Origin: an uncultured Chromatiaceae bacterium | GTDB taxonomy: Bacteria > Pseudomonadota > Gammaproteobacteria > Tenderiales > Tenderiaceae | Assembly: GCA_945787785.1 (NCBI GenBank) | Contig: CALZIO010000006.1 | Coordinates: 9,453-73,452, forward strand | Reading direction: 5' to 3' | DNA: 64,000 nucleotides | Shown: positions 19,700 to 30,417 of the stretch, one piece after another | Numbering within the stretch: the stretch's first letter is position 1 | How the letters are laid out: the number at the start of each line of letters is the position of its first letter | Notes under the pieces: generated by a model | Database searches by the model: none | The model's input: the letters and a program-made list of their open reading frames with translations, nothing else | Told to the model about the DNA's origin: nothing | Program-made: the position numbers and the translations under genes

Positions 19700-20062
19700 C
19701 TAACTTGAGCTGCGCTCACCACGCTCGATGATGACACCGACATCATTAGCACCACGCACCGCACCCTTTTTATTCAGCCTAAGGCGCAACCAGGGCACAT
19801 CAAATTCATCACGAATAATCGTAGCGACGCGTTCCGCCAGGGTTTCGACCAGTTGAAATTCGCTCTGTTCAACAAATCCAATGACCCGCTTGGCCACTGC
19901 CTTGTAGTCGAGGGTATCATCGAGATTATCTGTAGCAGCGGCGCGGCGAATGTCGGTCGCCATTTCCAGGTCAATGATGACGCGCTGTTTGATCTCGCGC
20001 TCCCAATCAAACACGCCAATCACCGTCTCAATGCTCAAATCGTTTAAGTAAATAATATCCAT
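19700..20062 (-). CDS. folB: dihydroneopterin aldolase
   Basis: 120 aa beginning MDIIYLNDLSIETVIGVFDWER, with the ..DTLDYKAV pattern typical of FolB. Confidence 0.9.
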   Translation of the reverse strand: MDIIYLNDLSIETVIGVFDWEREIKQRVIIDLEMATDIRRAAATDNLDDTLDYKAVAKRVIGFVEQSEFQLVETLAERVATIIRDEFDVPWLRLRLNKKGAVRGANDVGVIIERGERSSS

Positions 20063-20164
20063 CTATTCTTCTTAAGTTTTAGTGCCGGATTCCAGAAATT
20101 AGTCATTGCGGCTAAATTTGCCGTATCATTACGGCCGGTTCCCAGGTTAATTACGTGAAATATT

Positions 20165-20749
20165 ATGCTTGATATAAGCCTTGTTGTGTTCGCCTATTTA
20201 ATTGGCTCAGTTTCTGCTGCCATCATCACCTGCAAGCTGATGGGGCTGCCTGATCCCCGCTCTGAGGGTTCGCGTAACCCAGGCGCCACCAATGTTTTGC
20301 GTTACGGCGGCAAAAAAGCGGCTGCCATCACCTTGTTCGGCGATATGCTGAAAGGACTGCTGCCAGTACTTATCGCTCGTTTTGCCGGTGCGGAGGAGAG
20401 CGTGCTGGCAGCAACAGCGATGGCAGCCTTCCTGGGCCATCTTTATCCAATCTTCTTTGGTTTTCATGGCGGAAAAGGGGTGGCTACAGCCTTCGGTGTT
20501 TTACTGGGCATTTCGTGGCCTGTGGCAGTGGCATTAGCGTTAACGTGGCTGCTCATGGCCAAGGTATTTAAAATCTCATCGCTCTCCGCCTTGATTGCAG
20601 CCGTACTGGCGCCGTTTTATACCTGGGTGTTTGCGCCAAGTAACATCTACATCAGCCTCAGCATCGCCATTTCAATACTGTTATTGTGGCGCCATCGAAG
20701 CAATTTTCAGCGCCTGCTGGCGGGCAGCGAAGAAAAGATCAACACTTGA
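20165..20749 (+). CDS. plsY: glycerol-3-phosphate acyltransferase PlsY
   Basis: Contains YLIGSVSAAI, GSRNPGATNVLR and HGGKGVAT motifs. Confidence 0.9.
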   Translation: MLDISLVVFAYLIGSVSAAIITCKLMGLPDPRSEGSRNPGATNVLRYGGKKAAAITLFGDMLKGLLPVLIARFAGAEESVLAATAMAAFLGHLYPIFFGFHGGKGVATAFGVLLGISWPVAVALALTWLLMAKVFKISSLSALIAAVLAPFYTWVFAPSNIYISLSIAISILLLWRHRSNFQRLLAGSEEKINT

Positions 20750-21196
20750 TCAGTCCGGCTCGACCTTGAGCCATCCTTCCCCCATATCAACCACCTTCAC
20801 TTGTGTGCCTGCCGGACTATCCTGACCACGCAGTGTCCAGACCATGCCGTTTAAATCTTGTGTCGCACGACCGTTTTCAATCGGGCTGACCAGGGTCAGG
20901 GTCTGGCCTACATAACTGCGCTGTTCCAATATTTTCTGTTGTTGCTGCATTTTTGCCGCACGCTCGTTTAGAAAGGAGCGCGTCATCCAGATGAAACTCC
21001 CTGATGCCACCACAAAAAACAGGATCTGGATTGGAAAGGCAACATACGGATAGAAATTACTCAAGATCCCCACCACTACTGCGGCAACACTGGCGGGTAG
21101 GAACAGAAAACGGCCGTGCACGGCCTCAACTACCAACAAAACCATGGATAGCCCAAACCAAAACCAGTAATATCCGAACTGCGCAAGATAATCCAT
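20750..21196 (-). CDS. NfeD-family membrane protein (short form)
   Basis: Three N-terminal TM helices plus a C-terminal OB-like segment YVGQTLTLVSPIENGRATQDLNGMVWTLRG...VKVVDMGEGWLKVEP. Confidence 0.65.
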   Translation of the reverse strand: MDYLAQFGYYWFWFGLSMVLLVVEAVHGRFLFLPASVAAVVVGILSNFYPYVAFPIQILFFVVASGSFIWMTRSFLNERAAKMQQQQKILEQRSYVGQTLTLVSPIENGRATQDLNGMVWTLRGQDSPAGTQVKVVDMGEGWLKVEPD

Positions 21197-21291
21197 TCAA
21201 TTTCCGGCCGATTTAGCGGCCACTCCTGTTAAAATCTGTCGTATGCAAAAGTATAACGCTTGTTACTCATCATCACAGCGCTGATAAGCCG

Positions 21292-21540
21292 ATGCAATTT
21301 ATTACCGTGGCCACCTTTGACACCTCACCCGAAGCCCACATCGCTATGGGCAGGCTTCAGGCTGAAGGAGTCGACTGCCATTTGGCCGACGAACACCTGG
21401 TACAAACGGACTGGCTTTACAGCATCGCCGTGGGGGGTATCAAACTGCAGGTAGTCCCTGAACTGGTCGAAAAGGCGCTGCAAATCCTGGCCCGCGATGA
21501 TTCACAGGAGTTCCAGGAGTTCAATGACAATGAAGACTAA
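21292..21540 (+). CDS. DUF2007-like small protein
   Basis: The pattern ATFDTSPEAHIAMGRLQAEGVDCHLADEH...GGIKLQV is typical of the putative signal-transducing DUF2007 fold. Confidence 0.55.
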   Translation: MQFITVATFDTSPEAHIAMGRLQAEGVDCHLADEHLVQTDWLYSIAVGGIKLQVVPELVEKALQILARDDSQEFQEFNDNED

Positions 21541-22417
21541 ACTCATCATTATCATCCTCACGCTTTGCGCCAAATTACCGCTGCGCCTCAATCATCTGCT
21601 GGGCACGTGGCTGGGCAAACTGTTGATGCTGATCAACAACGAGCAAAAACGCATCGCTAATATCAACATTAAAAAATGTTTTCCTGAACTCAGCCCCGAT
21701 GAACAACAACAACTGCTAAAACAAAATCTGATAGAAACCGGTAAATTATTCTTTGAATTCAGCCGCGCCTGGTTAGGTGATAAAGAACACTTCTTAGAAA
21801 CAATAGTTGAAGTCCACGGTGAAGAGCATCTGAAACAGGGCCTGGAAAAAGGCAATGGCGTCATCCTGGCCGCCCCTCACCTGGGAAATTGGGAGGCCGC
21901 CGGATTCTATATCTCTGCACACTATCCCATTACCAACCTTTACCGGCCACCACGAATGGCTGGCATCGGTAAAATTATCCGAGACGCGCGTGAGCACTAT
22001 AACGCCACATTGGTGCCAACCACTGCCAAAGGAGTACGCGCACTTTATCAAGCCCTGAACCGGAATGAAGTGGTGGGTATTCTGCCCGATCAGGACCCAC
22101 GTGAATCCGGCGGTCTGTTTGCGCCCTTCTTTGGTTTTCAGGCCAACACCATAACATTGCTGTCCCGCCTGGCTGACAAATCACATGCCACCATCCTGCT
22201 TTTCTATGGTGAACGGCTACCCGATAGCCGCGGCTTCGCACTCCACATTTCTCCAGCCCCAGCCGAAATATATGACGCATCACTGGAACAGTCCGTCACC
22301 ATAGTAAACCAAATGGTGGAACAAGGTGTTCGCCGCATTCCCGCACAATACCAGTGGGGCTATAAACGTTTTCTCACCCGCCCCGAAGGGGAAAAGGATT
22401 TTTACGACGAGCACTGA
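21524..22417 (+). CDS. lipid A biosynthesis (lauroyl/myristoyl) acyltransferase family
   Basis: Start trimmed to MTMKTKLIIIILT. Contains the HLGNWE catalytic H-x4-E motif and the LPDQD motif of the LpxL/HtrB family. Confidence 0.8.
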   Translation: MTMKTKLIIIILTLCAKLPLRLNHLLGTWLGKLLMLINNEQKRIANINIKKCFPELSPDEQQQLLKQNLIETGKLFFEFSRAWLGDKEHFLETIVEVHGEEHLKQGLEKGNGVILAAPHLGNWEAAGFYISAHYPITNLYRPPRMAGIGKIIRDAREHYNATLVPTTAKGVRALYQALNRNEVVGILPDQDPRESGGLFAPFFGFQANTITLLSRLADKSHATILLFYGERLPDSRGFALHISPAPAEIYDASLEQSVTIVNQMVEQGVRRIPAQYQWGYKRFLTRPEGEKDFYDEH

Positions 22418-22612
22418 GATCTCGAAAAAGGGACCGCCCTAACTGTCAGTCCGCGGCCAATATCCACATCAAAATTAAGACAAATAGACTGGCCCTCACT
22501 CAGAACAGAGAACAGATTCATTTGATCTTGATCGATTTAGTAGGTATAAATTGGCGTCTTAATATTTATTTAACATATTGGCGGCAAATAGCCTTACAAG
22601 AAAGAGGGTCAT

Positions 22613-23251
22613 ATGAAGTTGATTTCACAATATGCACAAGTGATGTTTACAACACTGGCATTGTTTAGTGTTTCCGCAACCATACAGGCCTCAGATTCAA
22701 TAGGTGATGCGGGTGCGGGTGAGCGCAAGGCTGCACTTTGTAGCGAATGTCATGGTGATGATGGAAACAGTGATAATCCAGACTACCCTCGTCTGGCGGG
22801 CCAGTATGCAGGCTATATCGTCAAACAAGTAAAAGATTTCAAAAACGGCCATCGTCTCGGCAATGATTCCGTCGCAGTGATGCTGAATTACGATGAAGAT
22901 ATCAGGGATATTGGTACTTATTTTTCCCAGCAAAAGATGAGGGGCACTGTAACCAAGCCCAATCAAGCGCTGTTAGCCAGCGGAGAGACTCTGTACCGCC
23001 AGGGCAATGCAAAATCTGGTGTTTACGGCTGCATTAACTGCCACGGTGAAAAAGGTAAGGGGATGGCTGAAAATGTCACAACATTCCCTGTGATTGGCGG
23101 TCAACATCGTGATTATCTGGTCAAGCAGCTAAAGGAGTTCCGTCAGGGAACCCGAACGAATGACCCAGGCGGCATGATGACTGGTGTTGCTAAGAAAATG
23201 ACCGACGCAGAGATTAATGCTGTGGCTGAATATCTGTCAGCGCAACTTTAA
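22613..23251 (+). CDS. dihaem cytochrome c4
   Basis: Signal peptide plus two CxxCH haem motifs (CSECH, CINCH), each followed by a distal Met region. Confidence 0.85.
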   Translation: MKLISQYAQVMFTTLALFSVSATIQASDSIGDAGAGERKAALCSECHGDDGNSDNPDYPRLAGQYAGYIVKQVKDFKNGHRLGNDSVAVMLNYDEDIRDIGTYFSQQKMRGTVTKPNQALLASGETLYRQGNAKSGVYGCINCHGEKGKGMAENVTTFPVIGGQHRDYLVKQLKEFRQGTRTNDPGGMMTGVAKKMTDAEINAVAEYLSAQL

Positions 23252-23299
23252 TTTTTTTCCGATAAACATAGCATTGGCCCCTGTCAAAACGCGGTTTTA

Positions 23300-23884
23300 C
23301 TATAAAACTGGCTTCTGAGCCACCAGCATGGCTTCATTCCTGAAGCCTTTGCTGGTATCACCTTGCAATCCTTCTTCGCGGTAAACCAGAACCTTGAAAC
23401 CATCGAACAAACTGAGCAGTTCATTATCAGCCAGGCGAAATTCCATATTGCTCGGGCCGCCCTCGCTGACGCGGGTCTGGGTAAAAGTTTGATATAACAC
23501 CAGGCCACCCGGTTTAATACAGTTAATAATGGCTGGGATGATAGTGCGATCGAGAAAGTGGCTCACTACCACCAGATCATAATGCGCCTGCTCGGGCGGC
23601 TGTTTGATCACATCGCGTGCGACGGCGCTGACACTGGCGCCGGTATCCGCAGCGTGTTGGTTGACCTGTTCGGCCGCCACGGGCGAAATGTCCCAGGCAT
23701 CCATCGAGAATCCTGCTTCAGCCAAGGCAAAACTGTTGGCCGCCAAACCACAGGCCAATTCCAGTCCTAGACCTGATTCAGGTAGCAGGTGCGGATTTTC
23801 CCGCACCACTGCCATTGCCGGCACGGCCTGTTCACGGGTTTTGCTATAAATTCGATCCCATTTTTCGCGGGTTGGATCAGTCAT
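23300..23884 (-). CDS. class I SAM-dependent methyltransferase (TehB-like)
   Basis: LELACGLAANSFALA (motif I-like) and DLVVVSHFL. 194 aa. Confidence 0.65.
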   Translation of the reverse strand: MTDPTREKWDRIYSKTREQAVPAMAVVRENPHLLPESGLGLELACGLAANSFALAEAGFSMDAWDISPVAAEQVNQHAADTGASVSAVARDVIKQPPEQAHYDLVVVSHFLDRTIIPAIINCIKPGGLVLYQTFTQTRVSEGGPSNMEFRLADNELLSLFDGFKVLVYREEGLQGDTSKGFRNEAMLVAQKPVL

Positions 23885-23896
23885 TAATATGTTCTC

Positions 23897-25354
23897 TTAC
23901 TTGCGCCAGAAGGCGGGGGTTAACAAAACCAACAAAGTAAATATCTCCAGTCGGCCAAGCAACATGGCAAAACAGAGTACCCACTTGGCCACATCATTCA
24001 CACTGGTGTAATTTGAACCGACGTCACCCAAACCTGGGCCAAGATTATTCATACAGGCCGCCACAGCGGAGAAGGCAGTGACAAAATCAAGTCCCGTCGC
24101 CACCAGAATCAGAGAGATAACACAAAAACAAACCACATAGAGAGAGAAGAAACCCCACACGGCTTCAACTACCCGGTTAGATAGCGCCTTATTACCTACC
24201 TTGACCGGAATCATCGCACTTGGATGAACCAGACGCAGAATTTCACGCGCCCCCTGTTTCATCAACATCACCACACGGATCACCTTCATTCCACCGCCGG
24301 TAGAACCGGCACAGCCGCCGATAAAACTCAACATCAATAACATGATGGGCAGAAAACCGGGCCAGGTGTGATATTCAGACACGGTGAATCCGGCTGTCGT
24401 TCCCATTGAAACAGTTTGAAAAACACCACGCATTATCGACTCGCTTACTGAGTCAAACGCTGAGGTCCAGTAAAGATAGGCTGACGTCAGCACGGATGCA
24501 GCCAACAAGATTATGGCGTAAACCTTGAACTCGGTATCAAGAAAATAAACTTTCGGCCCACGCCCACGCCAGGCCAGGAAGTGCAATGCAAAATTGACAC
24601 CGGAGAGAAACATAAACACGATTGCCACAACTTCGATCAAGGGCTGTTCAGCAAAAAAATAACCCATGCTCAGATCATGTGTTGAAAAGCCACCAATGGC
24701 TACGGTAGAAAATGCATGCGCCAGCGCATCAAACGGTTCCATGCCGGCAAGCCAATAGGCCAAGCCACAGCCAATCGTCAAGGTCAGATAGATATACCAG
24801 AGCGCCTTGGCCGTTTCAGTGATTCGTGGTGTGAGCTTGTTATCCTTCATCGGTCCGGGTGTCTCGGCACGATACAACTGCATGCCTCCGATACCCAGCA
24901 TGGGCAACACCGCAACTGCCAAGACAACGATTCCCATTCCGCCAAGCCATTGCAGCTGCTGACGGTAATAAAGGATTGATCGCGGCAGCAGATCCAGCCC
25001 GGAAATCACCGTCGCCCCCGTGGTTGTCAACCCGGACATGGACTCAAATATCGAGTCTGTAATGGAGATACTCGGCTGGGCTGAAAGCAGGAAAGGCAGA
25101 GAACCGAACAGTCCCAGCACCGTCCAGAACATCACTACCACCACAAAACCATCACGCACCCGCAGATCATAACGATGGCGCCGCACGGGAAACCAGAATA
25201 CAGCACCGGTAACAATCGTCACTAAAAATGCAATCAGGAACGGCACCGTGGCATGGTCATTGTAGTACATTGACACTAATACCGGCGGCAACATGGTGAC
25301 ACTGAACAGCATCAACAGTAGCCCAACGATGCGCTGGATAACGAAAAGCTGCAT
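23897..25354 (-). CDS. trkH: Trk-type K+ uptake membrane subunit
   Basis: 485-aa polytopic protein with repeated selectivity-filter-like segments (SGLTTTGATV, VAIGGFSTH, SMGTTAGFT, TGGGMK). Confidence 0.9.
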   Translation of the reverse strand: MQLFVIQRIVGLLLMLFSVTMLPPVLVSMYYNDHATVPFLIAFLVTIVTGAVFWFPVRRHRYDLRVRDGFVVVVMFWTVLGLFGSLPFLLSAQPSISITDSIFESMSGLTTTGATVISGLDLLPRSILYYRQQLQWLGGMGIVVLAVAVLPMLGIGGMQLYRAETPGPMKDNKLTPRITETAKALWYIYLTLTIGCGLAYWLAGMEPFDALAHAFSTVAIGGFSTHDLSMGYFFAEQPLIEVVAIVFMFLSGVNFALHFLAWRGRGPKVYFLDTEFKVYAIILLAASVLTSAYLYWTSAFDSVSESIMRGVFQTVSMGTTAGFTVSEYHTWPGFLPIMLLMLSFIGGCAGSTGGGMKVIRVVMLMKQGAREILRLVHPSAMIPVKVGNKALSNRVVEAVWGFFSLYVVCFCVISLILVATGLDFVTAFSAVAACMNNLGPGLGDVGSNYTSVNDVAKWVLCFAMLLGRLEIFTLLVLLTPAFWRK

Positions 25355-25371
25355 GATCTAACCCATCAACA

Positions 25372-26745
25372 TCAGAGAAAGGTCACTCCGACCTGGAATA
25401 ATTTCTCGACATCTACCACACGGCGTTTGTCGACCAGAAACAGAATGACATGATCTTCGGCCTGGATCACAGTGTCATGGTGACAGATGATCACTTCCTT
25501 ATCCCTCACGATTGCGCCGATAGAGGTACCCGGAGGCAAGCGGATTTCATCAATGCTACGCCCCACCACCTTTGACGAGCGACTGTCGCCATGCGCCACT
25601 GCTTCGATCGCTTCAGCCACACCACGACGCAAGGAGTGCACCGCTGCTACGTCACCACGGCGCACATGGGCCAATAAACTGCCAATCATGGCCTGATGCG
25701 GCGACACGGCAATATCGATGTCACCACTCTCGACCAAATCCACATAGGAGGCTCGATTGATCAAGGCCAGTACTTTTCGCGCCCCCAAACGCTTGGCTAA
25801 CATTGCGGACAGTATATTGGCCTCATCATCATTGGTCACCGCGCAGAAGACATCGGTGCTGGTGATATTTTCTTCCAACAGCAACTCTTCATCGGCGGCA
25901 TCGGCATGCAGGACAATGGTTTTCTCCAACTCTTCTGAAATCTTGCGCGAACGGCGGGAATTATGATCAATCAGTTTGACGTTGTATTCGTTTTCTAGTG
26001 CCTGCGCCAATCCTTTACCAATATTACCGCCACCGGCAATAATAACCCGTTTGTTAGGCCGGTCAAGACGACGCAGCTCACCCATCACCGTGCGAATATC
26101 CTGGCGCGCAGCAATAAAGAAGACTTCATCATCGGCCTCGATGACCGTGTCCCCTTCAGGGATAATTGGCGTGCCACGACGGAAAATTGCAGCCACGCGG
26201 GTATCCACATTGGGCATGTGCTCCCTGAATTTACGCAACTCCTGGCCCACCAGTGGACCACCGTAATAGGCCTTGACTGCCACCAGTTGCACCAGTCCAT
26301 CGGCGAAATCGAGCACCTGTAAGGCACCGGGGTGGGCGATCAGCTTTTTAACATAGTCGATGATGACCTGCTCGGGGCTGATCATGACATCAACAGGGAT
26401 CGACTCATTGCTAAACAGCTTGCTAAAACCCAGGTATTCACGCGAGCGAATGCGTGCCACCTTGGTCGGAGTGCGAAACAGGCTATACGCCACCTGGCAG
26501 GCGATCATATTGGTTTCGTCACTATTGGTGACTGCCAGAATCAGGTCAGCGTCTTCAGCACCGGCACGCAACAGGACATCAGGATAAGAGGCGTGACCAT
26601 TCACGGTACGTATATCAAGACGATCCTGCAGATCAAGCAATAGCTTTGAATCAACATCCACAACCGTAATGTCATTTGCCTCACTGGCAAGATTAGCGGC
26701 CACTGAAGAACCTACCTGCCCCGCACCCAGTATGATTATTTTCAT
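25372..26745 (-). CDS. trkA: Trk system NAD-binding peripheral subunit
   Basis: Two RCK/KTN units with Rossmann motifs ([12 protein letters not shown] and [10 protein letters not shown]). Confidence 0.9.
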   Translation of the reverse strand: MKIIILGAGQVGSSVAANLASEANDITVVDVDSKLLLDLQDRLDIRTVNGHASYPDVLLRAGAEDADLILAVTNSDETNMIACQVAYSLFRTPTKVARIRSREYLGFSKLFSNESIPVDVMISPEQVIIDYVKKLIAHPGALQVLDFADGLVQLVAVKAYYGGPLVGQELRKFREHMPNVDTRVAAIFRRGTPIIPEGDTVIEADDEVFFIAARQDIRTVMGELRRLDRPNKRVIIAGGGNIGKGLAQALENEYNVKLIDHNSRRSRKISEELEKTIVLHADAADEELLLEENITSTDVFCAVTNDDEANILSAMLAKRLGARKVLALINRASYVDLVESGDIDIAVSPHQAMIGSLLAHVRRGDVAAVHSLRRGVAEAIEAVAHGDSRSSKVVGRSIDEIRLPPGTSIGAIVRDKEVIICHHDTVIQAEDHVILFLVDKRRVVDVEKLFQVGVTFL

Positions 26746-26812
26746 ATCTTATCCATCAACCAGTTTTTTATTATCGCAACACAAGGCTGCCGGATTACCA
26801 AAGCCTGTAGCA

Positions 26813-28174
26813 CTAACCTCCCTCTTTTGGACTAACCCCCAAGGCCTTCATTTTCCTATATAGATGAGTACGTTCTATTCCCGCCACTTTTGCAACTTGC
26901 GACACATTACCATCGGCGAGCCGCAACTGATATTCAAGATAGGATTTCTCAAATTGCTCGCGCGCCTGGCGCAAAGGCATATCGAAATCAAATCCCGCAG
27001 ATTGTGCCACGCTGGACACCTGGGTACCCAACACAGCATTGACTTCATCGGCCTCAATGCTTTCCCCTGACCCCAGGATCAGTAGGCGATGCACAATGCT
27101 CTTTAGCTCGCGAACGTTACCCGGCCAATCATAGTTGCGCAGCCTGTTTTGTGCTGCCACGGAAAAAACACGATAAGGCAAAGCATCACTCTCGACAAAA
27201 AAGTCGATGTAATAGGATAACAGTTCAGTAATATCCTCAGGATGTTCACGTAAAGTTGGAATGGAAATTGGCACTACGTTGAGCTGGTAATAGAGATCTT
27301 CCCGGAAACGTCCCTGGTGTATTTCTTCACGCAGATCTTTATGGGTAGAAGCGATCACCCGAATATCAATCTCAACCGCTTTTGAACCTCCAAGACGAAC
27401 AAAAGATTGCCCTTGCAAGGCGCTAGCCAGCCGCGCCTGCAGATTGAGGTCCATATCACCCACTTCATTTAAAAACAGTGTGCCGCCATTGGCTTGTTCC
27501 AGCAGGCCATAACGAACCTTGTCGCCGCTCTCCTCACCGAACAGCTCCATCACGGCATTGGCAGGCACGATAGTGGCGACACCCACTTCAACAAATTCAC
27601 CATCCTTGCGGCTACTGAGATTGTGAATCAGACGCGCAATCAGCCGCTTACCAACACCAGGCTCACCCAGCAACAACACCCAGGCATCAGTGGAAGCAAC
27701 CTTTTCGGCATGGTCGCGCAGCGTTTCCATCACCTGACTCTTTCCCAATGGCCGCCCCAAGGGCCGCACATGACGGCGCAGGCCGACGTTTTCACGGCGC
27801 AACAGGTAATCATCCAAAGCATGACGAATGGTCAATAACAGCTTGGCCATCGACAAAGGTTTTTCCAAAAAATCATAGGCGCCCAGACGCGTGGCTTCGA
27901 CGGCAGTCTCGACTGTGCCATGGCCAGACATCACCACCACGGGGGGCGCCGGCTCATCGCTTTCCTGCCATTCCTTGAGCAAGCTGATACCATCGATATC
28001 GGGCATCCAGACATCCAGCAGAATAAGATCCGGGCGCCGATCCATGCGTGCCTGGCGTGCCTCAGCGCCATTTGACGCAATCGTCACGACATACTGCTCG
28101 TCTTCAAGGATCTCTTTCACCAGCTCACTGATATCCGGCTCGTCATCCACCACCAGTATATGTGAAGCTCTCAT
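26813..28174 (-). CDS. NtrX-like response regulator (REC-AAA+-HTH) lacking the GAFTGA loop
   Basis: REC domain (ILVVDDEPDI...DLILLDVWMPD), Walker A GEPGVGKR and a C-terminal Fis-type HTH. The position normally holding GAFTGA reads ELFGEESGDKVRYG. Confidence 0.8.
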   Translation of the reverse strand: MRASHILVVDDEPDISELVKEILEDEQYVVTIASNGAEARQARMDRRPDLILLDVWMPDIDGISLLKEWQESDEPAPPVVVMSGHGTVETAVEATRLGAYDFLEKPLSMAKLLLTIRHALDDYLLRRENVGLRRHVRPLGRPLGKSQVMETLRDHAEKVASTDAWVLLLGEPGVGKRLIARLIHNLSSRKDGEFVEVGVATIVPANAVMELFGEESGDKVRYGLLEQANGGTLFLNEVGDMDLNLQARLASALQGQSFVRLGGSKAVEIDIRVIASTHKDLREEIHQGRFREDLYYQLNVVPISIPTLREHPEDITELLSYYIDFFVESDALPYRVFSVAAQNRLRNYDWPGNVRELKSIVHRLLILGSGESIEADEVNAVLGTQVSSVAQSAGFDFDMPLRQAREQFEKSYLEYQLRLADGNVSQVAKVAGIERTHLYRKMKALGVSPKEGG

Positions 28175-30417
28175 CTACCTTCTCCGGTTTGGTCAGGCTT
28201 GTTATTTGTTTTGTCTTGTTTTTTTGGCGCCGATTTTAATGGCAAACGGATCGTAAACCGTGCCCCACCTGTATCGACATTGCCAGCCCAAATAACACCA
28301 TTGTGTTCCTCGACAATCTTTTTCACAATCGCCAGGCCAAGGCCACTGCCTTTTGTTTTGGAACTAATATAAGGCTCAAACAGCTTGGGCAACATCTCCA
28401 CGGGAATACCATTAGCATTATCCTCGACGGCCAGCTCTGCCGCTTTGACTCCCGCGCTATCCACTAACCGGCTTTCAACCCGGATAATCGCCGGCTCAAC
28501 ACCCACCAATGCTTCGATGGCATTCTTAACCAGATTGTGAAGCAATTGGCGAATACGGCCGCTGTCCACATCAACCAAGCCGAGCTGCGGGTCAAGCAAC
28601 ATCTCAATCTGAAAGTCACGTTTATCGTTACGGTACAACTCCAATACTTCGTTGACCAAGTCATTAAAGCCCACCGGGCGCAGCTCTAGTTTGGGTGTGC
28701 GGGCATATTCGGAAAATGCCTTCACCATCTCCTTCATGGTTTCAACTTGTTGGATAATGGTATGGGTAGAACGATCCAACAGCTTACTCTCTTCTTCTGG
28801 CATCATGAGCAGATATTTATGCCTCAACCGTTCCGCTGAAAGCTGAATAGGTGTTAACGGATTTTTAATCTCATGCGCCAAACGCCGCGCCACTTCACCC
28901 CAGGCTGCATCGCGCTGAGCCTGCAGCAGCGTAGTCACATCATCAAACACCACCACATGCCCGGAATCGGGCTCCGGCAATTGCACACCACGACAATTCA
29001 ACAGCTGACGCCCTTCAGTACCAAAGACCGTAGCCTGGGCCTGCCAACCCTCACCTTTTGACACATGAGCATCTAATACCGCAACAAACTCCTGGATGTG
29101 AGGATAACTTTCGCTCAAATTGTTAAGACCAAGACCTAAACTGGCCGAGACATCAATCCCAAGAATATCTTCAGCTGCGGTATTGACCGTATGCAGAATA
29201 CAATCCTGATTGAATGTCATCACACCGGATGAGAGATGGCCCAACACGGTTTCAAGATAGAGCTTCTGGTTTTCCAGGCTTTGTTGCGTGACCCTGGTCT
29301 CTTCCTGGGCCCGCGCGATACGCCCCATCATGGTGTTGAACGATTTAACCAAAAATCCCAGCTCGTCATTCGGAATCGCCACCTCCGGTAAGCGTCGATA
29401 ATAATCACCCTGAGCAACAGCACGAGTTCCGATCGCCAGGGTTCTCACCGGCGCCACCAATCGCCGGGCTAAATAGAAGGCAGCCCAAACGGCCGTAAAG
29501 ATACTGAGCAATAAAATGATTGAGAGCGTCAGAGTAAAGCTGAACTTAAGTGGCCCACTCAAAAAAGAGAGTCGTTCATGCTGCGCATAAGCGGCTTGCA
29601 CACTGTCGACCAACACATTGATACTTTCTGGCACCGGATATAGCGCCTGCAGCACTCGCGGCTCAAAGGCAAATTCACTAGATGGCACATTCACTACCAG
29701 CCTCGCATACAGGCCACCTGCTGCCGGGTCGATGCCGACATAAGCCAAGCCACCTTCCAGTTGAGATAAAATAACCCGATCCACCGGTACTGGCGCCAAT
29801 TTGGCGGCATCATCACTACTAAACCCAATGACCTGACCATTGATATCGAGCAGCGCCACTTCCAGCGCACCTATTTGATGACGCATCGCATTCAATGACA
29901 ACACTAACTCATCAGGCGGCACATCACTAACTGTCTCAGCCACATATTCAGCCTGACGCATCATGTCACGCATACGCCAATCGAGCGCCGTGCGGCTCAA
30001 ATTGAGGGCATCATTCAAGGCCTGGTCGACCCTGACATCAAACCAGCTATCGATACCATGACGGACAAAACCGAGCGAGAAGTAATACAACACCGATACC
30101 GGCCCTACGGAAAGAATCACGAACAACACCACCAGCCGCACTGTCAGGCGCGCACCGGTGGCATGATTACGATACTGGCGAATCAGACGTCCCAGATTAA
30201 ATAAAATCAGCCCCGCCAATATCAACAGCACCAAGATATTAATCAATAATAAGGGGATATAGAGGCGACTGAACTGCTCGGAATTCTGCGTGGCACTACT
30301 CATCAAATAAAGCGAGCCAATCAACAGCGCCACCAGCAACATGATGACCCAGCGACTGGAAAATATACGCCTTAAGGTTGCAGAGACCATTTGTACCACC
30401 CGCTGGAAAGGTGCCAA
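28171..30417 (-). CDS. NtrY-like sensor histidine kinase (TM-HAMP-PAS-HisKA-HATPase)
   Basis: H-box RLAHEIKNPLTPI. N and G boxes (HNLVKNAIEA, DNANGIP, GSGLGLAIV). The start is uncertain; internal Met codons at 30390 and 30342 are possible. Confidence 0.85.
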   Translation of the reverse strand: MAPFQRVVQMVSATLRRIFSSRWVIMLLVALLIGSLYLMSSATQNSEQFSRLYIPLLLINILVLLILAGLILFNLGRLIRQYRNHATGARLTVRLVVLFVILSVGPVSVLYYFSLGFVRHGIDSWFDVRVDQALNDALNLSRTALDWRMRDMMRQAEYVAETVSDVPPDELVLSLNAMRHQIGALEVALLDINGQVIGFSSDDAAKLAPVPVDRVILSQLEGGLAYVGIDPAAGGLYARLVVNVPSSEFAFEPRVLQALYPVPESINVLVDSVQAAYAQHERLSFLSGPLKFSFTLTLSIILLLSIFTAVWAAFYLARRLVAPVRTLAIGTRAVAQGDYYRRLPEVAIPNDELGFLVKSFNTMMGRIARAQEETRVTQQSLENQKLYLETVLGHLSSGVMTFNQDCILHTVNTAAEDILGIDVSASLGLGLNNLSESYPHIQEFVAVLDAHVSKGEGWQAQATVFGTEGRQLLNCRGVQLPEPDSGHVVVFDDVTTLLQAQRDAAWGEVARRLAHEIKNPLTPIQLSAERLRHKYLLMMPEEESKLLDRSTHTIIQQVETMKEMVKAFSEYARTPKLELRPVGFNDLVNEVLELYRNDKRDFQIEMLLDPQLGLVDVDSGRIRQLLHNLVKNAIEALVGVEPAIIRVESRLVDSAGVKAAELAVEDNANGIPVEMLPKLFEPYISSKTKGSGLGLAIVKKIVEEHNGVIWAGNVDTGGARFTIRLPLKSAPKKQDKTNNKPDQTGEGR

